Assembly: GCA_964355655.1 (NCBI GenBank)
Contig: CAYHDT010000005.1
Coordinates: 1-57,791 of the forward strand
DNA from: an uncultured Candidatus Saccharibacteria bacterium
GTDB taxonomy: Bacteria > Patescibacteriota > Minisyncoccia > Phycocordibacterales > SBAW01
DNA length: 57,791 nucleotides
Reading direction: 5' to 3'
The notes beneath the pieces are model-generated. The model was given only the letters and a program-made list of their open reading frames with translations, had not been told where the DNA came from and made no database searches. Position 1 is the first letter of the stretch. Every line of letters starts with the position of its first letter. Made by a program: the position numbers and the translations under genes. Shown one piece after another: positions 38,133 to 47,892 of this stretch.

Positions 38133-38208
38133 AGCGACCTCCTTAAGATCTATTGCTGCATGTACAATATCTTTGCTTGCCAAAATGTCAAATAAAAATG
38201 CCGCCGGA

Positions 38209-38802
38209 CTAAAAGCCCGGCGGCGGTTCGCCAAACGTCATGAGGTGCGCGGCATAGCGGACTTCCTCGGACTTCAGATAGCCCAAGCGGCAGACGTGTG
38301 TGGAGGTCGCGCTCTGCGTGACGGTTCTGCACCCGGTGGTGTAGAAGTCGCGGAAACCAAGCAGCATGGCCGTAAGGTCAACCGCCTCTTCGTGCCGGGA
38401 AAGGACGTGTCCGACCGAGTCAAGCACGACGTGCGAGAGTTCGTGGGCGACCGCAAGGACCACCTGTTCGAAGGTTGCTTCCTGGAGGAATGATTTCCGG
38501 AAGTTAACCATAATGAGCGTATTCTTAAAGTCCCGCGTGCCTCTCATAGGCAGGGGCATCGGACGATTGATCCAGGCAGGTGCATCTCCGATATCTGCCG
38601 GAGTATTGCCGTTCCACAAACCGACTCTGATCCGGAGATTGAGCTTAAGTGTGTCGCGGACGAAACGTACGATGCTGTTGTAGTCCCTGGCCTTGTAAAA
38701 GGCTTCGAGTTCAGTATCGTCGATCGGTGCGCGTGTCGGGCCGAACGACAGGCGCAGCGCGCCTATGTAAGCGTGCAGCATTTCTCTGCGTATCTTCACC
38801 AC
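38209..38802 (-). CDS. HExxH zinc-metalloprotease-like protein (ImmA/IrrE-like)
   Basis: VAHELSH ... EEAVDLTAMLLG ... GYL. Confidence 0.65.
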   Translation of the reverse strand: MVKIRREMLHAYIGALRLSFGPTRAPIDDTELEAFYKARDYNSIVRFVRDTLKLNLRIRVGLWNGNTPADIGDAPAWINRPMPLPMRGTRDFKNTLIMVNFRKSFLQEATFEQVVLAVAHELSHVVLDSVGHVLSRHEEAVDLTAMLLGFRDFYTTGCRTVTQSATSTHVCRLGYLKSEEVRYAAHLMTFGEPPPGF

Positions 38803-38878
38803 AATCTCTCCCGTGCTATTTCTAGAATAATTTATACTATTTTAATATATAAAAGTCAAGCAAATAAAAAACCGCCGA

Positions 38879-39060
38879 TTATTTTGGCGGTTGCTGCTTC
38901 TCGAACTTGTGGACACGGATACATTTAGGGCCGAGCGGTTTATGGCTTGTGCCGCGGCCGCGACACTTGGGACATTGCTTCAACCTCTCGCGTATATCGG
39001 CCTCCCGGCCTTAGGCCTCAGGATATTGCCGCTTCCGCGGCATGTTTTGCATAGTGACAT
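38879..39060 (-). pseudogene. frameshifted small DnaJ-type CxxCxGxG zinc-finger ORF
   Basis: AAGGAG SD; CKTCRGSG and CPKCRGRG lie in different frames; 182 nt from start to stop. Confidence 0.5.
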
Positions 39061-39103
39061 GACAAACTCCTTTTTCTTCTGGGACGAAGAGTATACTAAC
39101 TAT

Positions 39104-39628
39104 ATGCAGGAAACAATAGTCTTCGGCGGGGGATGCTTTTGGTGCACGGAGGCGGTTTTTCTGATGATTAAGGGAGGGCAGTCGGTGGAGCCGGGATATA
39201 CCGGAGGTAACACTGTTGATCCGACCGATACCGACGTTTATACCGGGAAGACCGGCCACGCGGAGGTGGTCAAAATAGAGTACAACCCCGATCAAATTTC
39301 TCTTGAAGAGTTATTACAGGTATTTTTTTCTACACACGACGGTACACAGCTCAACCGCCAGGGGCCGGATGTGGGCACTATGTATCGCTCGGCTATTTTT
39401 TACACTACCGAGCGCCAGAGAGAAAAGGCCCGGCACTATATTGATGTTCTAAATAAAAATGTTACTCAGCGTATTGTGACTGAAGTTGTGCCTCTCGATA
39501 AATTCTATCCGGCACAGGATTATCACAAAAATTTCTACAAAAGCGGTAATCGCCCGGATTATTGTGAGTTAGTTATCGATCCAAAAGTTGATAAGGTAAA
39601 AAATAAATTCAAAAGCCTACTCAAATGA
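39104..39628 (+). CDS. msrA: peptide-methionine (S)-S-oxide reductase
   Basis: FGGGCFWC, GHAEV, QGPDVG.MYRS, YH. Confidence 0.95.
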   Translation: MQETIVFGGGCFWCTEAVFLMIKGGQSVEPGYTGGNTVDPTDTDVYTGKTGHAEVVKIEYNPDQISLEELLQVFFSTHDGTQLNRQGPDVGTMYRSAIFYTTERQREKARHYIDVLNKNVTQRIVTEVVPLDKFYPAQDYHKNFYKSGNRPDYCELVIDPKVDKVKNKFKSLLK

Positions 39629-40047
39629 CTATTGAAGAATTTGAACAATTAGTGGAGCGGGAGTTCCCGCTGGCGGTGCCGGAGAAATTTCATCACCTGA
39701 TAAAGAATGTGGCTTTTTTGGTTGAGGACGAGCCGGACGCAGTGGCGCGGAAAGAAAATGGTTTACAACAAGGCGAAACTTTGTTGGGACTTTATAAGGG
39801 AGTGCCATATACCGAGCGCGGCGACCTGTACGGGGTAGGCGGCACGTTGCCCGACACCATTACGCTCTACCGGCTGCCGATTGAGCATGCCGCCGTTCAA
39901 GATAATCTCCCGGTCGCGCAAGTTATCCGCGAGACCATCTGGCACGAGGTGGCCCACCACTTTGGCATGGACGAGCATACGGTACGGGGCCGCGAGCATC
40001 AGCGTGACCACGGCCCCGATGAGTCGTGTGAAAGTTGCTCGGCATGA
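39625..40047 (+). CDS. minimal zincin (DUF1025/Zincin_1-like)
   Basis: LLGLYKG.P, PD.ITLYR.P, HEVAHHFG. Confidence 0.85.
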   Translation: MTIEEFEQLVEREFPLAVPEKFHHLIKNVAFLVEDEPDAVARKENGLQQGETLLGLYKGVPYTERGDLYGVGGTLPDTITLYRLPIEHAAVQDNLPVAQVIRETIWHEVAHHFGMDEHTVRGREHQRDHGPDESCESCSA

Positions 40048-40059
40048 TATAAAGGAAAC

Positions 40060-40485
40060 ATGCAAGAAAAACTACCCCTAGCGCCTTATATACTCCTCGC
40101 ACTCGCAATGGTCGGGCTGGGCGATACTTTGTATCTGTCGTACTTCCAATATATGAACCTTATCCCCACGTGCGCTATCGGCGGGTGCGAGGTGGTGCTG
40201 ACCAGTGTGCACTCAAAATTCTTCGGCGTGCCGTGGTCCTACATCGGCATGGTTTTCTATTCCTATATGTTCTGCCTCGCCGTACTTTTGTGCATCGAGC
40301 CGCGCTCTAAGGCTTTGCGCCTCGGCGCGCTCGTTTATACCGGGGCGGGATTCCTGTACTCGGCGTGGGCCATTTTTTACGTCCAACTCACGGTCATCGG
40401 GGCGCTCTGCCAATTTTGCGCAATCTCGGCGCTGACCGCTTTCGCATTATTTTGCGTAGCCGTCTGGCATTGGCGAACAACTTAA
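40060..40485 (+). CDS. vitamin K epoxide reductase (VKOR) family protein
   Basis: C..GGC..VL.S, GVP, LCQFC. Confidence 0.9.
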   Translation: MQEKLPLAPYILLALAMVGLGDTLYLSYFQYMNLIPTCAIGGCEVVLTSVHSKFFGVPWSYIGMVFYSYMFCLAVLLCIEPRSKALRLGALVYTGAGFLYSAWAIFYVQLTVIGALCQFCAISALTAFALFCVAVWHWRTT

Positions 40486-41249
40486 TACGCCGGCCTGCGG
40501 TAGCGGTTAAATAGCCGCCAGAGGAAATACAGTACCAGGAGCGCCGCTACCGGGTAAAAGATGCCCGCGCTGCCGATAATAAAGTTAAGCAGGGTAAGCA
40601 GATACAGATAAAGGGTCCAGAGGATAAACCAAAAAGTGCCTGTCGGGTCGGTAGTGGCTTGCGCGACCGTCCCGGCGCCCAACACCTCGCCGGAACGATC
40701 GCCCAGGTTAACCTTGGCGGCCGCTATTTGGCCGTCGATAGTGTCGGAGAGCGTCGCGCGCCCGCTGTCGATGAACTTAAAGACCGGTGCCGTGGCATTG
40801 GCCGCGGCGGGGGAAAAGCCGGCTATGCTGTCCTGGATTTTTTGCGAAGATTCGACCGGTGCGGCGGCCTGTGCGACTGTATCCGCTGGCTGCGGCTTTG
40901 CGGCGATGCTGAAAGTCTCGGATTGTCTCTCTACAACCTCGGTGCCTTTCTTCAGCTCGGCGACAACCGTGTGCGAGCCTTTCAGGGGCTTCCAGGATAC
41001 CGATACTACCGACGCTTCGTTTGCATTAAGCGACACCGGCACACTGCCGATAGCCGCCGCCCCTTCGCTGAACTGCATCGTACCGGTAAAAGCGGACGCG
41101 TCCTCGTTGGCGATGACGGCGTGGATAATCACCGTTTCTCCCTCGACTACCGCCGACCGCGACAGAAAGAGCGACTGCTTGGCAAACCCCGCCCCAAAAG
41201 CGATATAAGGAGCCGCTAATAGTGCGAGCAATAACGCGTATTTCATCAT
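40482..41249 (-). CDS. exported Ig-like (CARDB-like) protein with C-terminal TM
   Basis: Signal peptide, beta-rich domain, C-terminal hydrophobic helices. Confidence 0.7.
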   Translation of the reverse strand: MMKYALLLALLAAPYIAFGAGFAKQSLFLSRSAVVEGETVIIHAVIANEDASAFTGTMQFSEGAAAIGSVPVSLNANEASVVSVSWKPLKGSHTVVAELKKGTEVVERQSETFSIAAKPQPADTVAQAAAPVESSQKIQDSIAGFSPAAANATAPVFKFIDSGRATLSDTIDGQIAAAKVNLGDRSGEVLGAGTVAQATTDPTGTFWFILWTLYLYLLTLLNFIIGSAGIFYPVAALLVLYFLWRLFNRYRRPAY

Positions 41250-41263
41250 GCTATTATTATTGC

Positions 41264-42205
41264 ATGAGATTTTTTAGGTGGTGCAAGCGGCTTTTGGTTC
41301 CGCATCACGAAAACGCCTATCGCCCGCATCTTTTGCGCCGCGGCTCGCTTGTATTTTTGCTCGCGGTGGCGCTTTTGGCTGAAGGTGCACTAGTCTTCAA
41401 TCTTATGGCCCGGCACGGGGGAGCGGGCTTTATGGCCGCGGTGATACAAAGCGAGATTATTTCGCTTACCAACTCGGAGCGCGCGCAAAATAAAATAGCT
41501 GTTCTCGCGGAAAATACTCTCCTTAACCAGTCCGCACAAGCTAAAGCTGATGATATGGCCACAAAGGGCTATTTTGCGCACAATAGCCCGGACGGCACGC
41601 AGCCTTGGAGCTGGATAGACGCCGCCGGATACGATTATCAGTACGCGGGGGAAAATTTGGCCGTTCGATTCGTCGATTCGAAAGACGTCGTTGTCGGTTG
41701 GATGGCGTCGCCGACGCACCGCGCCAACATTGTCAAGCCGGCGTACACTGAGGTGGGCGTTGGCATCGCGCAAGGCATGTATAAAGGCCAAATAGCGACG
41801 TTTGTGGTGCAGCATTTTGCAAAACCGTCGGCCAAGGCGCTCGCTGCGCGGGCGAGCGGGCAGGTACTGGGCGCCGAAATAGGTCCTCCGCCGTCGCTAA
41901 CCGACACGGCCCTGCGCACTGCGGGCAAGATTATTTCCGAACCAAGGCAGACGACCGCGTGGGTACTGGGCGGGATAATCGCTCTTCTCGCGCTGGCGCT
42001 CGTCATCGCTTTTTTCCACCATGTGCAGGTACAGGCGCGCGACCTTTTGGTGCCGGGGACCATGGTTGCAGTCGTTGCTTTGACGCTCCTTGTTATCAAC
42101 ACAAACTTTCTTTCATCAACTATTACGGTAACTGCGCAGGAGGCGGGGGTTGCGGGCTACCATGGAGTAGTATTGACGCCCGAAGCCGGCTACTCGGAAC
42201 GGTAA
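41264..42205 (+). CDS. CAP/SCP-domain membrane protein
   Basis: AQAKADDM..GYFAH, AGENLA, WMASPTHRANI. Confidence 0.88.
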   Translation: MRFFRWCKRLLVPHHENAYRPHLLRRGSLVFLLAVALLAEGALVFNLMARHGGAGFMAAVIQSEIISLTNSERAQNKIAVLAENTLLNQSAQAKADDMATKGYFAHNSPDGTQPWSWIDAAGYDYQYAGENLAVRFVDSKDVVVGWMASPTHRANIVKPAYTEVGVGIAQGMYKGQIATFVVQHFAKPSAKALAARASGQVLGAEIGPPPSLTDTALRTAGKIISEPRQTTAWVLGGIIALLALALVIAFFHHVQVQARDLLVPGTMVAVVALTLLVINTNFLSSTITVTAQEAGVAGYHGVVLTPEAGYSER

Positions 42206-42226
42206 GGTATACTATTTGGATATGAA

Positions 42227-42307
42227 TCCCGTTAGAAATCCAGCCATTTGGAACATGGGGTTCGTTATAGATAGTCGAGAGTTTTATAAACTAAATTTCT
42301 AACGGGA
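42227..42307. mobile_element. MITE-like insert at the FKBP start codon
   Basis: 13-bp terminal inverted repeat TCCCGTTAGAAAT; TGAA duplicated at 42223-26 and 42308-11. Confidence 0.75.
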
Positions 42308-42747
42308 TGAACAAGAACATCATAACGGGCATAGCCGTAACTGCCGGTTTGGCGGTGGTGGCGCTTTTCTTTGTGTACGATCCGATCGGCATATCTTCAG
42401 GTGTTGCGGCACCTGCTTCTGCGGGACTTGTCGTGCAGGATGAGGTAGTGGGTACGGGCGCGGAGGCGCAGGCAGGCAGCATAGTGAGTGTGCATTACAC
42501 AGGAAAGTTGTCCGACGGCACAGTCTTCGACACGTCGGTCGGCAAAGCTCCTATCGAATTTCCGCTCGGCACCGGATACGTCATTCCCGGCTGGGATCAA
42601 GGGATAGTGGGCATGAAAGTCGGCGGCAAGCGCCTGTTGATAGTCCCGCCGGAGCTCGGATACGGCGCGCAGGCAAACGGCCCCATCCCCGGAAACTCAA
42701 CGCTGATATTTGAAGTAGAGCTTGTAAAGGTCACTCCCGCGCAGTAA
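42307..42747 (+). CDS. FKBP-type peptidyl-prolyl isomerase
   Basis: VHYTGKL.DG..FD, VIPGWDQG, GG.R.LIVPPELGYG. Confidence 0.95.
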   Translation: MNKNIITGIAVTAGLAVVALFFVYDPIGISSGVAAPASAGLVVQDEVVGTGAEAQAGSIVSVHYTGKLSDGTVFDTSVGKAPIEFPLGTGYVIPGWDQGIVGMKVGGKRLLIVPPELGYGAQANGPIPGNSTLIFEVELVKVTPAQ

Positions 42748-42796
42748 AGCTCCGCAAAAACTTCGTTTTTGCTCCGTATCTTGCTACTCTTCCGTG

Positions 42797-44083
42797 ATGC
42801 GTCCGATTTCCTTTCAGATAGAAAAAGAAATGCCCGGCTCCCTCGCGAGAGCCGGCATTTTGTCTACGCCGCATGGCGATATTAAAACGCCGGCTTTTGT
42901 CGCGGTGGGGACTAAGGCAGATGTCAAAGGAGTTCAAACGGCGCAGTTCGGCGAACTTGGCATTCAAACTATCATCGCCAACACCTACCATTTATATCTT
43001 TCGCCCGGTCCTGAGTTGATTGCAAAGGCGGGCGGGATACATACGTTTATGGGCTTTGACGGGCCTATCATGACCGACTCGGGCGGCTTCCAAGTCTTTT
43101 CGCTCGGCGAGGGATTTGGTAAAAAGGTTTCGAAAGTCACAGCCGGTGAAAAAGTTCCTTTCTCCGGAGAGATAAACACGACCCCAACTCCTACAAAAGA
43201 AACTTTTTCACCGGCTGTGTACGATGAAGAGTTGGCAACCTCTCACGGCAAGCTTGCAATCATTGATGATGACGGCGTAACTTTTACTTCGCACATTGAC
43301 GGAAGCCTTCACCGGTTTACTCCTGAACGCTCTGTTGAAATACAGCATAGCCTCGGCGCGGATATTATTTATGCGTTCGACGAGTGTACTTCCCCCGCGG
43401 CCGACCATGAGTATCAAAAAGAGGCGATGGACAGAACGCACCGCTGGGCCGACCGCTCGCTGAAGGCCCACCGGCAGATGTCAACAAAGGCTAAACCTTT
43501 GCATTGCAAAGGTTTAGCCTTTGTACCGGGGATATACGGTATCGTGCAGGGCGGACGGTTTGCCGACCTGCGTATTGAGAGCGCCAAATATCTGGCCGGC
43601 ATGGACTTTGACGGCTACGGCATCGGCGGCTCGTTCAGCAAGCACGATATTCTTGGGATATTGGACAAAGTAAATACGGAACTGCCTAAGGAGAAGCCGC
43701 GCCACTTGCTCGGCATCGGCGAGCCCGAAGATATTTTTATCGGAGTTGCATCCGGTATAGACACGTTTGACTGTGTTACCCCGACCCGCAACGGCCGCAA
43801 TGGGGGGATATATGCCGTAGACGGCAAATATCAAATTCCAAATAACAAATATCAAACGGATTTCGGGCCGCTTGATGAAGGGTGCGAGTGTCCCGTCTGT
43901 AAAGTGCATACCCGCGCCTATGTGCACCACCTGTTCCGCACCAAAGAAATGCTTGGCGGTATTTTAGCATCTATGCACAACTTATATTTCCTGACGAATC
44001 TGGTTCAGCAAATCCGGGCGTCTATACTGGACGGCTCGTTCGAGCGTTATCAACAGTCCTTCCTTCAAGAGTATAAGCAGTGA
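42797..44083 (+). CDS. tgt: tRNA-guanine transglycosylase
   Basis: TPAFV.VGT, MTDSGGFQVFSL, GIVQGG, FDCV.PTR, CECPVC...H. Confidence 0.95.
   Translation: MRPISFQIEKEMPGSLARAGILSTPHGDIKTPAFVAVGTKADVKGVQTAQFGELGIQTIIANTYHLYLSPGPELIAKAGGIHTFMGFDGPIMTDSGGFQVFSLGEGFGKKVSKVTAGEKVPFSGEINTTPTPTKETFSPAVYDEELATSHGKLAIIDDDGVTFTSHIDGSLHRFTPERSVEIQHSLGADIIYAFDECTSPAADHEYQKEAMDRTHRWADRSLKAHRQMSTKAKPLHCKGLAFVPGIYGIVQGGRFADLRIESAKYLAGMDFDGYGIGGSFSKHDILGILDKVNTELPKEKPRHLLGIGEPEDIFIGVASGIDTFDCVTPTRNGRNGGIYAVDGKYQIPNNKYQTDFGPLDEGCECPVCKVHTRAYVHHLFRTKEMLGGILASMHNLYFLTNLVQQIRASILDGSFERYQQSFLQEYKQ
43138..43219. repeat. in-frame 19-bp inverted repeat insert in tgt
   Basis: CACAGCCGGTGAAAAAGTT / AACTTTTTCACCGGCTGTG. 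Confidence 0.8.
43484..43524. repeat. in-frame 20-bp inverted repeat in tgt (AAGG-N5-CCTT pair)
   Basis: ACAAAGGCTAAACCTTTGCA-T-TGCAAAGGTTTAGCCTTTGT. Confidence 0.85.
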
Positions 44084-44096
44084 GTATACTAAAGGA

Positions 44097-44408
44097 GTGT
44101 ACAGGAATTTATGGATGGCTGGAGTAGCCATTGTTGTTGCCGTTATAGCTATAGGCACGTATTTTTACCTGCAGTCCCGGCCTGTGCCAGAGCCGGCTAT
44201 CGTGCTCCAAACAACAGAAGAAGACGTCTATTCGCCTGAAGTGCAAGCGCTGCAGCTTAAAAATCTTAAAGCGTTAGCCGCAAGTATGGCTTCGGAGCAG
44301 GCGCAAGTTCAACAACAAGCACAATTGGCGGCGCTTAAATCTCTGCAGCCCGGACAAGCACAAACAAATCAAGACCAGTTGAAGTCGCTCCAATCTCTGG
44401 GCATGTAA
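44097..44408 (+). CDS. membrane-anchored Gln-rich hypothetical protein
   Basis: TM helix followed by repeated Q-L--LKSL segments. Confidence 0.6.
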   Translation: MYRNLWMAGVAIVVAVIAIGTYFYLQSRPVPEPAIVLQTTEEDVYSPEVQALQLKNLKALAASMASEQAQVQQQAQLAALKSLQPGQAQTNQDQLKSLQSLGM

Positions 44409-44417
44409 ATAAATCAA

Positions 44418-45431
44418 ATGACCTTTTATTTCAACTACAAAAAAACAACAAGCTGGCTGGGGGCGGGGGTGCTCGGGCTGTTGGTGGCGCTGATGGCCGT
44501 GGCGCCACATGCGCAGTCGCAGAGCGGCTCGACCCCGGTTACCGGCTGGATGTGGAGCGACAATATCGGATGGGTAAGTCTTAATTGCTCGAATACAAAC
44601 GATTGCAGCCCTACCTGGGGACTTAGCCTTAGCGGCAGCGCGGTTACCGGTTATGCCTGGAGCGATAATATCGGATGGATAAAGTTCGGCGAGCTCGGGC
44701 CCACGTTTCCGGCCGGCGGCGGGAGTGCAACAGAAGCGGCTTTTAGCGGCGGTAATTTTTCCGGATGGGCGCGCGCTTGCACCGGCACCACCAGCGGCAA
44801 CTGTACTAATAAAATCGGGCGTACCGACGGCTGGGACGGCTGGATAAGTCTTAGTGGAACTTCGCCGACGTATAAAGTTGACACTGACGCGAACGCTTCT
44901 TATCTCCCGCAAACCTCGGGCGCATGGGGGAGCGAGGTAGTCGGCTGGCTCGGCGCCAAAGTGACCGCCACAGCGAGCTGCGTGCCTACGACAAAATCTT
45001 GCACCGATTCGACACATTATAGCGGCTATACCGATGCTTCGTGCAATGAGTATCAGCCGGGTGAATGTGCCCCGAGCTCATTTTGCCAAGATCCCGGTGG
45101 CGCGTGTGTTCAAATTTCGGTCGGTGGCTGTCTTAGCATCGGCGTTAATCCCGGCCCGCCCTTGGATTGTATAGACGAAGTCAGCAAAGGCCGTTTGGAC
45201 GGTACCGGCAAGGCAACACTGTATTGGAGGTCAATACCCAGCACTCTCGATGGTTGCACGCTCAAAAATACAAGCGGTGCGACTGTTGATACGGGACTCT
45301 CCGGGGACTATACAACGCCGACACTGACTACCGGGTCCTATACATATACCCTGACCTGTACCCTCAACGGCGACACGGTTATTACAAAACAGGTAACTGT
45401 GTCACCGTTGCCGGTGTACGAGGAAATTTAA
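44418..45431 (+). CDS. secreted surface protein with GW-W-S-x-x-GW repeats and C-terminal Ig-like module
   Basis: GWMWSDNIGW, GYAWSDNIGW, GWDGWISL, AWGSEVVGW; Cys-rich linker. Confidence 0.78.
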   Translation: MTFYFNYKKTTSWLGAGVLGLLVALMAVAPHAQSQSGSTPVTGWMWSDNIGWVSLNCSNTNDCSPTWGLSLSGSAVTGYAWSDNIGWIKFGELGPTFPAGGGSATEAAFSGGNFSGWARACTGTTSGNCTNKIGRTDGWDGWISLSGTSPTYKVDTDANASYLPQTSGAWGSEVVGWLGAKVTATASCVPTTKSCTDSTHYSGYTDASCNEYQPGECAPSSFCQDPGGACVQISVGGCLSIGVNPGPPLDCIDEVSKGRLDGTGKATLYWRSIPSTLDGCTLKNTSGATVDTGLSGDYTTPTLTTGSYTYTLTCTLNGDTVITKQVTVSPLPVYEEI

Positions 45432-45498
45432 TGCCATTATTAACAAGCCATTAATTATCAGTAGGTTACAGGTGCTATCATAAGTACATACTTTATAT

Positions 45499-46461
45499 AT
45501 GCAATTCATCAAAAAATTCTCTTTCTCATTCGCACTCTTTTTAGGCTTGTTGTTTGCCGGAGCGGCGGTTGCTTGGAGCGGCCCTCCATCAGGAGGACCT
45601 CCAACTTGCCCTCTTACCAACTCAGCATGTAATCCACCGATAAATACGAGCTCTTCCCCTCAAACTAAAATAGGTAACCTGTCTATAACCGGTGACCTGT
45701 CTATAGCCGGACAATTCCAGGCAAATGGTGGTCTGGGGGCAACCAATATTCAGGTAGGCACTACCGGCAATCCGGCAGCTATTACCTCGCCGAAATTTTG
45801 CATAGGTACTGACTGCAAAACATCAGCATGGGATGAGTTTGTCGCGATATCCCGCGACGCCACCAACTTTACTAACAGTCAACTGACGTTGCGGAGCCTC
45901 CGGAGCTCCTTTAACGCCGCGGTCACTACCAATCTCATAGGAGCTATTAACTTTGACTCTAATGATCTTGACCTAACCGCACCCGGCAAGACAACGGCGG
46001 CAATAAGAGCCGTAGCGGCAAGTGCGCACACCGCCACAAGTCTGCCTACCAGCCTTGTGTTTTACACCACCGCGGTAAATGACACGACCCCGAATGAAGT
46101 AATGAGAATCACGTATGACGGGAATGTGCAGGCGGCTAAATTCGTCTACCCTTCAGATGAAAGGCTTAAAACTAATATAAAAACGCTCGGCGACGCGCTG
46201 TCTAAAGTGCTTGCCTTGCGCGGCGTCAGCTTTGTGTGGAAAAACGGCACCCAGAGAGCGGGACAGGAAGACATCGGTTTTATCGCCCAAGAGGTCGAAA
46301 AAATAGCCCCCGAGCTGGTGGCCACCGACGAGCGCGGCTACAAGGCAGTCGACTACGCACGCACCGTGCCGCTCTTGGTTAACGCTATACGCGAGCAACA
46401 AGCGCAGATAGATGAGCTCAAGGCGCGGCTCGACGCGCTGGCCGGACAGTCCAGTCGTTAA
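45499..46461 (+). CDS. secreted fibre-like protein with C-terminal peptidase S74/intramolecular chaperone domain
   Basis: SDERLKTNI...L.G..F.W...GFIAQEVE..PELV...VDY...L..AI.EQQ..I. Confidence 0.85.
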   Translation: MQFIKKFSFSFALFLGLLFAGAAVAWSGPPSGGPPTCPLTNSACNPPINTSSSPQTKIGNLSITGDLSIAGQFQANGGLGATNIQVGTTGNPAAITSPKFCIGTDCKTSAWDEFVAISRDATNFTNSQLTLRSLRSSFNAAVTTNLIGAINFDSNDLDLTAPGKTTAAIRAVAASAHTATSLPTSLVFYTTAVNDTTPNEVMRITYDGNVQAAKFVYPSDERLKTNIKTLGDALSKVLALRGVSFVWKNGTQRAGQEDIGFIAQEVEKIAPELVATDERGYKAVDYARTVPLLVNAIREQQAQIDELKARLDALAGQSSR

Positions 46462-46463
46462 CT

Positions 46464-46991
46464 ATGGGAAATAAGCTGACACAAACGCAGTGGCTCTGGG
46501 TCACGGGTGCACTGGCACTCGCGGTCTTGCTTGGAGTCGCGTTTGTGCGCGCGCAGGAACAGGTTTCTCTACAACAAAATCCCATACACTCCGATATCTC
46601 AACCGCTCCGGCAGAACAAAAAGAAGTTAATTTCAGCCCCGCTATCGGACCAATAACCGGCCTCAGTGGCTTTATTAAAAGCGTGGGGCCGGGCAACTTT
46701 ATGCTGACTACGGTCATTGTTAATGAAGGGGTCAAAACCACGACAATACTCATCGATTCCACGACCATTATAAGCCGGCTGGTCGCCAAGGACGAGGCGC
46801 TGCTCAAAAAACAACGTGCCGAAGCCGTAGCTAATGGCACCCCGCCCCCCGAACCCTACACTAACGAAACCATAGGCTTATCCGACCTGAGCGAAGGAAT
46901 GCTGGTGACCGTCGAATTTGTGGAGGCCACACAAGCCACCAGTGCCACCGCACACGCCAAAAGCGTTGACATATTGCCGATAACGCCATGA
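46464..46991 (+). CDS. membrane-anchored hypothetical protein
   Basis: N-terminal TM; OB-like beta segments (G.I.SV...T.I...L..G..V.V). Confidence 0.65.
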   Translation: MGNKLTQTQWLWVTGALALAVLLGVAFVRAQEQVSLQQNPIHSDISTAPAEQKEVNFSPAIGPITGLSGFIKSVGPGNFMLTTVIVNEGVKTTTILIDSTTIISRLVAKDEALLKKQRAEAVANGTPPPEPYTNETIGLSDLSEGMLVTVEFVEATQATSATAHAKSVDILPITP

Positions 46992-46995
46992 TATC

Positions 46996-47892
46996 ATGCG
47001 CCGCGCTCTCTATAATTCGACACTAACACTCTGTACGGTCTTTTTTGCCGTTGCATTTTTAGTTGCCCCGGTGTTTTCCCAGGCGGCAACAATACCAGTG
47101 TGGCAGGGTAAGTATCCCTATTTTAATGTTGGTCAATTCAATGCTCCTGCGGGCCACGGCTGGCCAGCACCCCGCGTAACACTCGATGGATCAGCGTGGG
47201 GTTATTATGGTGTTTTTATGCCCTCGTATGCGAGTATTTACGTAACCGAGGACCGATCTAATGCCCTGTCCGGAGTAAATAAAGTTGCTCGTTTTGGCTA
47301 CCCCGCCTTTGTCTGGAGACAAACCCTCTCCGTTTCTGGTACAACTCTGTCGGCTGTGACACCATGGACAAATATTACACTCGACTGGGCGTGCCAAAAA
47401 ACGCAAGGTAGGAACGTTGGAGGTTCATGTAAATCTTATGACGCATTTGACCAATGTAATTCCTGGACTGGCGGTACTATTGAGTATTTGGGTTACTATA
47501 CAGGCGCCGTAGTAAATGGGGTCGCGCGTCCAGCGGTCGGGAGCATAACTGTAGCACCAAGCGTGACAACAACGTATACTATTTATTGCTCTGCACGATC
47601 TCAACAAAAAGAACTTCTTAGACCACCCGCTACAAACAGTTTTGTGTTTAAGGTGGTAGTAGTGGACCCGTGTCCGGTCGATATCGAGGCCGCAAAAGGT
47701 AACCCGAGCGGGTATTGGCTGAAAGCAAACACCACGCGGCGGCTCAACAATACCACCTTAGGCTTCAATAATTGCCTCAAAAATATAAGCGGTAACGACT
47801 ATTACATCCCCGCCAACACAAAAGCCGAACTGCAGTCGTTCTTTACCAATGCATCAGCCGGCAGGGTCCCGGGCGTTTTGGTGCCTCAATGA
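46996..47892 (+). CDS. secreted protein with shared C-terminal CP-DIEAA...IPA-T-AEL-SF domain
   Basis: Signal peptide; TLDWAC/TYTIYC module. Confidence 0.72.
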   Translation: MRRALYNSTLTLCTVFFAVAFLVAPVFSQAATIPVWQGKYPYFNVGQFNAPAGHGWPAPRVTLDGSAWGYYGVFMPSYASIYVTEDRSNALSGVNKVARFGYPAFVWRQTLSVSGTTLSAVTPWTNITLDWACQKTQGRNVGGSCKSYDAFDQCNSWTGGTIEYLGYYTGAVVNGVARPAVGSITVAPSVTTTYTIYCSARSQQKELLRPPATNSFVFKVVVVDPCPVDIEAAKGNPSGYWLKANTTRRLNNTTLGFNNCLKNISGNDYYIPANTKAELQSFFTNASAGRVPGVLVPQ

